Assembly (NCBI GenBank): GCA_964447425.1
Contig: CAYUTB010000002.1
Coordinates: 7,770 to 43,499, forward strand
From: an uncultured Candidatus Bathyarchaeia archaeon
GTDB lineage: Archaea > Thermoproteota > Bathyarchaeia > TCS64
Reading direction: 5' to 3'
DNA: 35,730 nt
Position 1 is the first letter of the stretch; every line of letters begins with the position of its first letter. The position numbers and the translations under genes were made by a program. Positions 16,142 to 24,990 of this stretch are shown piece by piece. Under the pieces are notes generated by a model, which had not been told where the DNA came from, made no database searches, and was given only the letters and a program-made list of their open reading frames with translations.

Positions 16142-17356
16142 TTACTCTTTCTCCTCCTTGTCTTTCTTTCCACCAAGCACGTTAATTATGCCCTGGATTC
16201 CAGATGAGAATCCTCGCTTAACGGTTGTGGAGCCTGTCCAGTCAACCTCAACTTCTTCTTGCACCATCAAGGTGTAGTTGACTCCTGGGATGTACAGTAG
16301 CTTCTCTGGGATCAGTCCGTTTGGACGGAACATGATTACCCCGATAAGCAGTAAACCTAGAAGAACTGACTCAAAGTAGGCGATTGGGAAGAAGAATAGA
16401 CTTTCTAGTACCCACTTGTTTACGATGATTATGCGACGCATGGCGACGATGAGTGCGCATCCGAGGAATGTTCCGGCGTTGTTACCGGGGCCTCCCAAGA
16501 TGAGCATCAGCCAGGGCCAGTATGTCCAGAAGGCACGCTGGTAGTTCGCCTCGACGACGAAGCTGAAGTAGAAGGCTAGGAGTGTGCCGCTGAGTGCTGT
16601 GACTCCGCTGGCGAACATCAAGATGTTTCTCCTGATTCCAACTACGTTCTTTCCAACGCTTCCAACTGTGACCTCGTTCTCACGGATAGCCCTCATCAAT
16701 CTACCATATGGGCTGTTCAGCATAGTTCTAAAGATGAAGAAGCTGATAAGTCCAATTAGCAGAGTGATGACAGCTGTGAGAACCGTCCTGTCTCCTGGGT
16801 ACCATCCGAATACGTTCGGTATGAACATACCGAGGGTACCGCCGCTGATTGCGGGAATGTTCCTTCCGAAGATCTGGGCCGCATCCGCCATGGTGATCAA
16901 TACGATCATCAGGTAGGTTGCCCTGAGCCTGATAGCGGGTAAAGCAATTACCCATCCGATAATTGCGCCCATAATCAGAGATACGGCCAAGCTGAATAGA
17001 AGCATAGACCAACCAAACATCGAATGTGTCTGGATGTACTCGTTCGCGAGCTTGACGTTTGCTGGGTTATTGTATACCCAGTCAAAGTCAATTGCCCATG
17101 GCAATAACTCAACGCCTGCTCCCTCCACCATTGTAAATAACAGTCTGACAGTGATGGCGCTTACTGTGAAGCCGCCGGCGATGACCTGTACGGCGCATCC
17201 CATGTTAGGGATGCCTGCGTTACCGTACTGGAAGTTTAGAGCCATGGCTACAATGACGAATAATCCGAAGTACATAGCGATGTCTACGATTAGCCTAGCG
17301 GTTCCTGTGACCGCTACGCTGCTCGTGAGTAGTCCGAATGCGATATTTTGTAGCAT
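16142..17356 (-). CDS. livM: Branched-chain amino acid-type ABC transporter permease (LivM family)
   Basis: 404 aa, polytopic, with typical LivM-family helices and a roughly 50-aa hydrophilic C-terminal extension. Confidence 0.9.
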   Translation of the reverse strand: MLQNIAFGLLTSSVAVTGTARLIVDIAMYFGLFVIVAMALNFQYGNAGIPNMGCAVQVIAGGFTVSAITVRLLFTMVEGAGVELLPWAIDFDWVYNNPANVKLANEYIQTHSMFGWSMLLFSLAVSLIMGAIIGWVIALPAIRLRATYLMIVLITMADAAQIFGRNIPAISGGTLGMFIPNVFGWYPGDRTVLTAVITLLIGLISFFIFRTMLNSPYGRLMRAIRENEVTVGSVGKNVVGIRRNILMFASGVTALSGTLLAFYFSFVVEANYQRAFWTYWPWLMLILGGPGNNAGTFLGCALIVAMRRIIIVNKWVLESLFFFPIAYFESVLLGLLLIGVIMFRPNGLIPEKLLYIPGVNYTLMVQEEVEVDWTGSTTVKRGFSSGIQGIINVLGGKKDKEEKE

Positions 17357-17362
17357 CTTTTA

Positions 17363-18319
17363 TCACTCCTTCAGCAGGCCCACAGCTTTTCTGAAGTTTT
17401 CTCCAGTCTGTGTGGCCGCAAATTTAGACCATACGCCCTGTAGACCTTGTGGCTCAATCAGTAGAACTGCGACCAAGAAGATCATTGGGACAATTGGCCT
17501 GTACTCGCCAACCCATACGCCGATAACCGCCTGACCCCATGTTGTCAAGAGAATCTCCGACATTCCTACTATGGCTCCGCCGATGACGCTTCCGTAGATG
17601 CTGTCAAAGCCTCCCAGCAGACTACCGGCCATGATGCTTGTGATGATCATGGCGCCGGACTGTGGTGTGCTCTGGAACCATAGGGGGATCATAGCGCCTG
17701 CGAGGCAAGCGAGTCCTCCGGTTAGGAACCAGCTGAACAACTGTATCTGTTCGATGTTGATACCTAGAACCGATGCGAGCTCTGGGTCTTCTGCCGTCGC
17801 TCTCATAGCGACGCCCAGTCTGGTTCTTGTAAGCATAAAGTGTAGCGCAATAACTGAGAAAACTGTTAGAGTTAGCGATACTACGAAGATTCCTGGGAAG
17901 CCGGCGACTGTAAAGTCGTTTTCCTTCAACAGGAACGCCATCGCGTATGTGTTAAATCTTTCCCTCAGGTAGTAGGCGTAGATCTGAATCAACGCCGTTA
18001 GGAAGATCTGGATAGCCAGTGTACTGATTGTCAGTACGATGGCTCCTCCGCCCATGTTTGTGAGAACCCCGATAACCAGCTTGTAAATAATTACGCTGAA
18101 TAGTCCTCCAATTATGAAGGCTACAGGGAACCCCAAATAGGGTGATAGACCCCAGATCTTTGCGAATGTATAGCTTACATAGATACCAACGCCTGCATAT
18201 GTTCCGTGTGCGAAGTTAGGTATCTTCGCTGTCAGATACGTTAGTGTAAAGCCGATACTTAGCAACGTGATCTCTGAAGCATAGACCAACGCTGCCATCC
18301 AAATTGCAGGGATTAACAT
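17363..18319 (-). CDS. livH: Branched-chain amino acid-type ABC transporter permease (LivH family)
   Basis: 318 aa, polytopic. 'GFTLTYLTAKIPNFAHGTYAGVGIY' and 'RLGVAMRATAEDPELASVLGI' are typical LivH motifs. Confidence 0.9.
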   Translation of the reverse strand: MLIPAIWMAALVYASEITLLSIGFTLTYLTAKIPNFAHGTYAGVGIYVSYTFAKIWGLSPYLGFPVAFIIGGLFSVIIYKLVIGVLTNMGGGAIVLTISTLAIQIFLTALIQIYAYYLRERFNTYAMAFLLKENDFTVAGFPGIFVVSLTLTVFSVIALHFMLTRTRLGVAMRATAEDPELASVLGINIEQIQLFSWFLTGGLACLAGAMIPLWFQSTPQSGAMIITSIMAGSLLGGFDSIYGSVIGGAIVGMSEILLTTWGQAVIGVWVGEYRPIVPMIFLVAVLLIEPQGLQGVWSKFAATQTGENFRKAVGLLKE

Positions 18320-18545
18320 ATTGTAAACCCGTTACGGTTGTACCGTTGTGGGCTAATAATACTTTGCCTAATCCGATTGGGCTGGTTACGTTAAACGGCT
18401 TCAATTAGATGTTTTTTGAGTTATTTAATCAAAAATAAACCTCAAACAACATCAATTCCTTCATTATACAGTTTACCTAAATAAATGCCGGTAAAAACCT
18501 TATATAATGTAAGGAGAGTAATTTCTCTCTGCGACAAACCATAAG

Positions 18546-19856
18546 GTGAAGCAAAACTTGGAAATGAAAGGTAACACACTAGCAATTGTGCTTCTAGTAG
18601 TCGGACTTGTAGTCGGCGCTGGAGCAGGATACTTCCTAGCACCCAGCGGAGATGGAGGAGATGGCGGAGAAACCGTCATCGTCAAAGTAGCGCCCCTTGA
18701 GGGCAAGAATATCCAGCTTGGATATATCTCATCCACGACTGTAGGTCTAGAAACAACAGTACCATTAGTTGACGAAATCATGACGCCAGACTATAATGCC
18801 TACTTGGCAAAGCTTGGCATGGATACAACTATGGAATATCTGATTGATGACGCGACTGGTCAGGCCGCTGTCCACTTGGAGAAGGTTCAGGGATACAAGT
18901 CCATGGACATTAACGTCTTCATTGGTGGCGGATGGTCAAGCCAGGCGCAGGCAGCTCTCAGTTACTGTAACGACAATGACATGCTAATGTGGAGTTCATC
19001 CTCAACCAGCCCACTTCTCGCAATCGCGGACGACAACCTATTAAGGATGTGTCCAACTGACCTAATTCAGGCACCAGCCATCGCTGAGATGCTTTGGAGC
19101 CACGGAATTAAGGCCATTATCCTCATCTATCGTGGTGACGCTTGGGCAGACGGTATCTACAACTACCTAGAGCCCGCGTACACTGCAAAGGGTGGAGTGA
19201 TTCTTGAGAAGATTAGGTATGCTGGTGAGGCAACAGAGTTCAGTAACTATCTGCAAACAGCTGAAGGTATAGCTGAAACAGCGGTCGCTGAATATGGTGC
19301 AGAACACGTAGGTGTAGAAATTATATCCTTCCAGGAATTCGTAGTAATGATGACACAAGCTCAGGATTATCCAATCATGTATGATCTAACATGGTTCGGA
19401 TCAGATGGAACTACATTGACACAGCAAGCCTGTGACGATGCCCCTGTGCAGGTAGATCATCTACGAGTCTACAGTACTTACGCTGCGCCAGCTGAATCTG
19501 AGAAGTTCAACGATCTATACGATAGATACTATGCATTGGTCAGTCAGCCATTCGGCTACTACTCTGCATGTAGCTACGACATAGGTTGGGTGCTCGTTGA
19601 GTCAATGATGAACGCTCAGAGTTTAGATGCTAACGTTCTGATCCCAATACAGTCTGACACTGCTTTCAACAACTTCGGTGCAAGTGGTTGGAACAGGTTG
19701 AATGTTGATGGAGACAGATACGGAAGTAACTACCAGATCTGGAGCTACCACTATGCGGGAGATGTAGTCATTCCCTATGTAGCAGGACTATTTGACGGTA
19801 TAACCGGACAGGTAACCTGGTATACAGATGCAATCGGCTACGTACCCTCTATGTAA
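18546..19856 (+). CDS. ABC transporter substrate-binding protein (type 1 PBP, LivJ/K-like), membrane-anchored
   Basis: 436 aa. N-terminal TM anchor 'LAIVLLVVGLVVGAGAGYFLA', a Gly/Asp linker, then a PBP1 fold. The start is GTG 18546 or ATG 18564. Confidence 0.85.
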   Translation: MKQNLEMKGNTLAIVLLVVGLVVGAGAGYFLAPSGDGGDGGETVIVKVAPLEGKNIQLGYISSTTVGLETTVPLVDEIMTPDYNAYLAKLGMDTTMEYLIDDATGQAAVHLEKVQGYKSMDINVFIGGGWSSQAQAALSYCNDNDMLMWSSSSTSPLLAIADDNLLRMCPTDLIQAPAIAEMLWSHGIKAIILIYRGDAWADGIYNYLEPAYTAKGGVILEKIRYAGEATEFSNYLQTAEGIAETAVAEYGAEHVGVEIISFQEFVVMMTQAQDYPIMYDLTWFGSDGTTLTQQACDDAPVQVDHLRVYSTYAAPAESEKFNDLYDRYYALVSQPFGYYSACSYDIGWVLVESMMNAQSLDANVLIPIQSDTAFNNFGASGWNRLNVDGDRYGSNYQIWSYHYAGDVVIPYVAGLFDGITGQVTWYTDAIGYVPSM

Positions 19857-19873
19857 GCACAATAACCAAACCC

Positions 19874-19894
19874 TTTTTCTATTTTTTTTCTTTT
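19874..19894 (+). terminator. Clustered oligo-T tracts (T5, T8, T4), a candidate terminator
   Basis: 'TTTTTCTATTTTTTTTCTTTT' begins 18 nt after the stop of the substrate-binding protein gene. Confidence 0.5.
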
Positions 19895-20074
19895 AAACGC
19901 AAAACAGAGCCTACTATCGTTGCTTCTATCATATTAACCTAAACCGTCTATTTTTATCAAATCTTTTCCCGAAATAAAGCCGGATCGCCTTTCTTTTATT
20001 CCCCTCTAAACCCGTGTTTCTCAGCAAAATTATTTAAACACTGTATGTGTGCTATATGCTTAGTTGATGCCGAC

Positions 20075-20833
20075 ATGTCGGAAATACTTAAAATCGATAA
20101 CGTTTACAAATATTTCGGTAAGTTCGCAGCCAACGACGGCGTTAGCTTCAGTTTAAAGGAAGGCGGCATCTATCTGCTCGTCGGGCCAAACGGCTGTGGA
20201 AAGTCAACACTAGTTAACTGTATCTCAGGAATTTTTGTTCCGGAGAAGGGACACATATATTATCGTGACGCAGACATCACGAGCGAAGACATGTACAAGA
20301 TCGCGCAGAGGGGACTTGTACGAACCTTCCAAATAGCGTCCCCTTTCCTCAGTTTAACAACTCTTGAGAACATGCTAGTGGCCTTGCCGGATAACGCAGG
20401 CGAAAACATCGCTCTGTCACTTTTCAAGCCAACTTGGATCGATAGCGAGATCAGCGCCGTCAGGCGTGCAACCGAACTACTAAAAGTCCTTGGGCTAAGA
20501 CACGTATGGAACAAACCAGCCAACACCCTCAGCGGTGGAGAGCTCAAACTCCTAGAGATTGGAAGAGCCCTGATGTCAGGGGCAGATACAATCCTACTGG
20601 ACGAGCCCGTAGGCAGCATCGACCCCGTGCTCTGTCACCAGATCTTCAGTCACGTTCTGAGGCTCAGGGACGAGTTGGGACTAACATTCCTAGTCATTGA
20701 GCACAGGCTAGAGGTTGCTGCACAATACGCTGACCACGTGTTCGCCATGGATCTAGGCCAGCTCGTTACCGAGGGCACTGCAGAGGAAGTCTTCGAAGAT
20801 GAGCGAGTAATCAAGGCATACCTGGGTGAGTAA
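20075..20833 (+). CDS. livG: ABC transporter ATP-binding protein (LivG family)
   Basis: Walker A 'GPNGCGKST', signature 'LSGGELKLLEIGRAL', Walker B 'ILLDEP'. ATG 20075 (MSEILKIDNV) is preferred over the track's start at 20045. Confidence 0.9.
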   Translation: MSEILKIDNVYKYFGKFAANDGVSFSLKEGGIYLLVGPNGCGKSTLVNCISGIFVPEKGHIYYRDADITSEDMYKIAQRGLVRTFQIASPFLSLTTLENMLVALPDNAGENIALSLFKPTWIDSEISAVRRATELLKVLGLRHVWNKPANTLSGGELKLLEIGRALMSGADTILLDEPVGSIDPVLCHQIFSHVLRLRDELGLTFLVIEHRLEVAAQYADHVFAMDLGQLVTEGTAEEVFEDERVIKAYLGE

Positions 20834-20834
20834 G

Positions 20835-21590
20835 ATGGGAAGTAAATACATACTAGAAACAAAGGGCCTAAACGTAGGCTATGGACCTATCCACGTCATC
20901 TACGACCTTGACTTCAGGGTCCCTGACGGTGAGGTAACCATTATTGTTGGACCTAACGGGGTCGGCAAGACTACTCTACTGAAATCACTCATGGGTCTGG
21001 CTACTGTCTATAGTGGTGAGGTTCACTTTGAGGGAAAGAACATCAGCAAGTTCCCACCTTTCCAGAGGACCAAGGCAGGTATCGGATACATGCCCCAGAC
21101 AGGTAACATATTCAGCAACCTACGCGTTGACGAAAACCTGAAGATGGCTGCCTATACCCAGAGTGATCCAAGCGTAATCCAAGACAAATTGGAGTTCGTA
21201 TTCAGTCTATTCCCAAGGCTCAAGGATTATCTACCCAGACAGGCAGGTACCCTGAGTGGTGGTGAGCGTCAGATGCTCGCCGAGGGAATGGTCTTGATGA
21301 GGGATCCCAAGATCATGATGGTTGATGAGCCAACTGCAGGGCTGATGCCCAAGCTGGTTAACGATGTCATGAGGCAGCTCAAACAAATGGCTGAAGAGAC
21401 CGGTCTACCTATAGTATTGGTCGAGCAGCGTGCTCGCCGTGCATTGGCTGTAGGCGACTACGCGTACATGATGCGTGGTGGAAGATTCACATTCGAGGGC
21501 AGCGCCCCCGATCTGCTGAACCATCCGCTACTGAACGAGATGTACCTAGGCGCAGTAGAGGTCCACGACCTCGACAACGTAAAGGAGTAA
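20835..21590 (+). CDS. livF: ABC transporter ATP-binding protein (LivF family)
   Basis: Walker A 'GPNGVGKTT', signature 'LSGGERQML', Walker B 'MMVDEP'. The start is ATG 20835 or the overlapping GTG 20826. Confidence 0.9.
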   Translation: MGSKYILETKGLNVGYGPIHVIYDLDFRVPDGEVTIIVGPNGVGKTTLLKSLMGLATVYSGEVHFEGKNISKFPPFQRTKAGIGYMPQTGNIFSNLRVDENLKMAAYTQSDPSVIQDKLEFVFSLFPRLKDYLPRQAGTLSGGERQMLAEGMVLMRDPKIMMVDEPTAGLMPKLVNDVMRQLKQMAEETGLPIVLVEQRARRALAVGDYAYMMRGGRFTFEGSAPDLLNHPLLNEMYLGAVEVHDLDNVKE

Positions 21591-21915
21591 AACTCCACCC
21601 CACATTTTATATTATAAATTATAAATTCTAGTTGATTATTTACTTATTTTTTGGATTTTCTACTATAACCGAATTTGTTGTGTTCCTCAGACTCAAGGTA
21701 CATTTCTTTTGAGGTCTTGCCAAGTTTTGCGTTTGCCCACGCAAATTCTTCTTTTCGATCATGATCACTGTAAAAAACGGTAGGGCCCGATTATATCAAG
21801 ATAATATTGCGACCTATCACAGATTTTTATAATGATACCCTGTAACCCAGTACAAAAAGTCCCATTGAGGTCATTTTTCCAAATATTTCTAATCTATAAA
21901 CAACATACCTAGGGT

Positions 21916-22980
21916 ATGCCAAAGTTAATCACAAAAGAAGATGTAAAAGCCCTTGCCATAGGAGGCACTATCCTTGGCGGAGGTGGAGGAGGCTGGCCCG
22001 AGATCGGTCTCAGAGACGGATACCTTGCAGTGGAGATCGGTAAGGTTGAGCTTTGGAGCCCAGAGGAAGCCAACCCTGATTGGATGGTCATCACAAGCGC
22101 AGCCCTAGGGGCACCCACCGAACCGGGCAACACAAAGCCGATGCACTTCATAAGAGCAGCCCAACTACTACGCGACGCTGGAGTAGAGTTCCATGGGGTA
22201 ATAGCCGCCGAGAACGGGGGTCAGAACAGCTTCGGTGGCTGGGTAATCGCGGCAGCCCTCGGGTTACCTGTGGTGGATACACCGGGTGATGGTAGGGCTC
22301 ACCCTACGGCGTTGATGGGTAGTATGGGGCTTCACAGGACCAAGTATGATAGCGTCAAGGTTGGAGTAACTGAGGGAAGCGAGTTGATCACATGGGGGAG
22401 CCTCCAATCCACTGGGGCAGCCATCAGGGCGCAGGCAGGATACATGAAAGCACTCGTAGCCATGGCGCGTGACCCAGTACCCGTCAGCTACACTCTTGCG
22501 CATGGCGCACCAGGTGCTATCAAGATGGGGATCAACTTAGGTTACAAGTATCTTAAGGCTGGTGAAGACCCTGATGAGCGTGTAAAGGCTGTTATAGATT
22601 TCCTTGAGGGGGAGATCATCTGCAAGGCAAAGATTATGGAGAAATCCATCGAGGCTAAGGGAGGATTTGATGTGGGCTTGATGCTGCTCCGTGAGGGAGA
22701 TGAGGAGTGGGAGCTCAGCTACGTCAACGAGTACATGACCCTCGAAAAAGACGGGGAGAGACTCGCTACCTTCCCAGATCTAATAACTACCTTCAACGAA
22801 GAGGGAGAACCCGTGACCAGCGCAGCCTTGGATAAGGGTCAGACGATCTACCTCGTCAACGTGCCAAAGGAGAAGATCCCAGTCGGAGATGGCAACCGCT
22901 ACGCCGAGGTCTATGAGCCTATAGAGGAAGCCCTAAACAAGCCTATTGTGAGCTACCTTGAGGGATATCTCAAAGACTAA
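21916..22980 (+). CDS. DUF917-family protein
   Basis: 354 aa. The N-terminal 'ALAIGGTILGGGGGGWP' glycine loop and overall length match my recollection of DUF917, a family usually associated with hydantoinase or amidohydrolase genes. Not verified by search. Confidence 0.65.
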   Translation: MPKLITKEDVKALAIGGTILGGGGGGWPEIGLRDGYLAVEIGKVELWSPEEANPDWMVITSAALGAPTEPGNTKPMHFIRAAQLLRDAGVEFHGVIAAENGGQNSFGGWVIAAALGLPVVDTPGDGRAHPTALMGSMGLHRTKYDSVKVGVTEGSELITWGSLQSTGAAIRAQAGYMKALVAMARDPVPVSYTLAHGAPGAIKMGINLGYKYLKAGEDPDERVKAVIDFLEGEIICKAKIMEKSIEAKGGFDVGLMLLREGDEEWELSYVNEYMTLEKDGERLATFPDLITTFNEEGEPVTSAALDKGQTIYLVNVPKEKIPVGDGNRYAEVYEPIEEALNKPIVSYLEGYLKD

Positions 22981-23019
22981 CCACTATTCTTTTACCATTC
23001 ATTGATCATAAAATATTTG

Positions 23020-23226
23020 ATGAGTGTATTGTCTGAAATCGAATTATCCCTAGTGGAAAGAAGGGTCTATGATCTGGTCTGTCAAGGAGATATAATGTGC
23101 AAACAGCTCACACCATGGGAGAGCGGAGTTGTACCCGGTCTCGTGGAGAAGGGGTTGGTCGAGATCTACAAGCATAACGTATCATCCAGCAGGGTTAAGA
23201 TGGTTAAGTTTCTCAGAAAAATTTAA
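23020..23226 (+). CDS. Small putative winged-helix protein
   Basis: 68 aa from ATG 23020: 'LSEIELSLVERRVYDLVCQGD...VVPGLVEKGLVEIYK' resembles a MarR/TrmB-type wHTH. The track start at 23002 is TTG. The call is weak. Confidence 0.35.
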   Translation: MSVLSEIELSLVERRVYDLVCQGDIMCKQLTPWESGVVPGLVEKGLVEIYKHNVSSSRVKMVKFLRKI

Positions 23227-23233
23227 TCCACAC

Positions 23234-23241
23234 TTTTTTTT
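23234..23241 (+). terminator. Oligo-T tract (T8), a candidate terminator
   Basis: TTTTTTTT lies 8 nt after the stop at 23226. Confidence 0.4.
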
Positions 23242-23371
23242 CAGTTTTCTTTCCGAGGCGAATATGCAGGTATAACCCGTGGTCAAATCTCCATGAAATT
23301 CGCAACAATTGCTGATGATGGAATGGGCTAATCTCTCAATCTCTATAACCAACTAGGTATGTAGAGTATCC

Positions 23372-24949
23372 ATGACCTTTGATATCCTGATTAAGAAGGG
23401 TAAAATTATTGATGGGACCGGGAACGCCTGGTACAAGTCTGATATAGCTGTAGAAGATGGAAAGATAGCAGCCATTGGATCTAATTTAGGCGGGGCGGAC
23501 AAGGTTATCGATGCAAAGGGGCACATAGTAGCCCCGGGCTTCATCGATATCCACAGCCACAGCGACATACCATTACTCATCGACCCCCGGGGGATGAGCA
23601 AGATCACTCAGGGCGTGACCACCGAGGTGATAGGAAACTGCGGGCTGAGCGCTGCCCCCATGAACCAGTGGCTGCAAGAGTATCGGAACAGGTACGCTCG
23701 TGCTCAGCTTAGTGAGGGATTCAGCTATAACTGGACCGATATGAGTTCATATTTGGAGAAGCTTATGGAGAGAGGCGTAGCACTCAACGTGGCGCCTCTT
23801 GCTGGGCATGGAACTATCCGTCAATGCGTTATGGGGGACGTTGACCAGTTGCCAACCTTCTCGATGCTTAATGAGATGAAGAAGCTTCTCAGGGACTCCC
23901 TTGATCAAGGCGCATGGGGCTTGAGCACCGGTTTAATCTACACACCGAACCAGTACTCTTCAACAGAGGAGATTATCGAGCTAGCCAGGGAACTGCCAGC
24001 CTACGATGCGTTATACGCTACTCACATCAGGGGGGAGGGAAACACGGTGATTCAAGCTATCGATGAAGCCAATAGGATAGGCAGAGAGGCGGGGGTGAGG
24101 GTGCAGATCAGCCACTTCAAGGTATGTGGGTCTAATAACTGGGGGAAATCCAAGGATACACTGCAGATGGTTATAGATGCCAGAGCTAATGGCGTGGACG
24201 TGGATTTTGACCAGTATCCGTATACTGCATCAAGCACTGGGCTCTCAGCTATACTGCCCCCGTGGGTTCACGATGGCGGTATTGAGAAACTAATCGCGAG
24301 GCTTAAGGACCCAGAGACAAGGGCGCTGATCAGGGGTCAGCCAACGGAGGAGATGGAGGACTGGAGCCGTATCCAGGTTGTGCATACCCGTAACCACCCT
24401 GAGTACATCGGCTTATCAGTTGACCAGATCGCCTCAAGGATGGGTGTTGATCCATTTGACGCCATGTGTGATCTCCTCATTGCGGAGGACTCACAGGTTT
24501 TGGTGGTACTGTTTGAGATGGAGGAAATGGATGTCCGCAGGATAATGGGTAGTCCTCTTGGTATGGTGGGCAGCGATGGAAGAGCCGTCGCCTCAGACAG
24601 TGTATTCAATGAGGGCAAATGTCACCCTAGATACTATGGTACATTCCCAAGGGTTCTCGGCTACTATGTCCGGGAGGGGGTGATTAATCTGCAGGAGGCT
24701 GTGCGTAAGATGACCAGTGCACCCGCGAGGAGACTGGGGATCAGAGATCGGGGGCTCCTCATTGAGGGAATGAAGGCAGATATCACCCTCTTTAACCCCG
24801 AAAAAGTCAAGGACAACGCAACCTTCACTGACCCACACAGATACTCATCAGGCATCCCATATGTGCTGGTAAACGGAGAACCCGTGATAAGCAAGAGCAA
24901 ATACACAGGTGCTTTACCCGGCATGGTGCTGAGAAAAACCCTCTCTTAA
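23372..24949 (+). CDS. D-aminoacylase (N-acyl-D-amino-acid deacylase) family amidohydrolase, copy 1
   Basis: 525 aa. Motifs: 'PGFIDIHSHSD' (HxH), 'TEVIGNCG' (Cys ligand), 'ATHIRGEG', 'QISHFK', 'VGSDG', 'YGTFPRVLGYYVRE'. Confidence 0.85.
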   Translation: MTFDILIKKGKIIDGTGNAWYKSDIAVEDGKIAAIGSNLGGADKVIDAKGHIVAPGFIDIHSHSDIPLLIDPRGMSKITQGVTTEVIGNCGLSAAPMNQWLQEYRNRYARAQLSEGFSYNWTDMSSYLEKLMERGVALNVAPLAGHGTIRQCVMGDVDQLPTFSMLNEMKKLLRDSLDQGAWGLSTGLIYTPNQYSSTEEIIELARELPAYDALYATHIRGEGNTVIQAIDEANRIGREAGVRVQISHFKVCGSNNWGKSKDTLQMVIDARANGVDVDFDQYPYTASSTGLSAILPPWVHDGGIEKLIARLKDPETRALIRGQPTEEMEDWSRIQVVHTRNHPEYIGLSVDQIASRMGVDPFDAMCDLLIAEDSQVLVVLFEMEEMDVRRIMGSPLGMVGSDGRAVASDSVFNEGKCHPRYYGTFPRVLGYYVREGVINLQEAVRKMTSAPARRLGIRDRGLLIEGMKADITLFNPEKVKDNATFTDPHRYSSGIPYVLVNGEPVISKSKYTGALPGMVLRKTLS

Positions 24950-24990
24950 ACTCTTTATCCACCTTTAGCCCATCAATATACGTGACATAA

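Noticed and set aside
21591-21915. 325-bp spacer with a tandem ATTATAA repeat (21611-21624) and a minus-strand open frame ('SDHDRKEEFAWANAKLGKTSKEMYLESEEHNKFGY...')
   Set aside because: The open frame has no usable start codon, and a stop lies just upstream. I recognise no family. No RNA-gene-like structure was evident by eye. It is probably a promoter/terminator spacer, possibly with a decayed gene fragment, and I cannot support anything stronger.
23309-23371. 'CTGATGA' C-box-like motif upstream of the first amidohydrolase, suggesting a C/D box sRNA
   Set aside because: There is no D' or D box (CUGA) at the expected spacing, and no terminal stem. The nearest CTGA lies inside the CDS, about 75 nt away.
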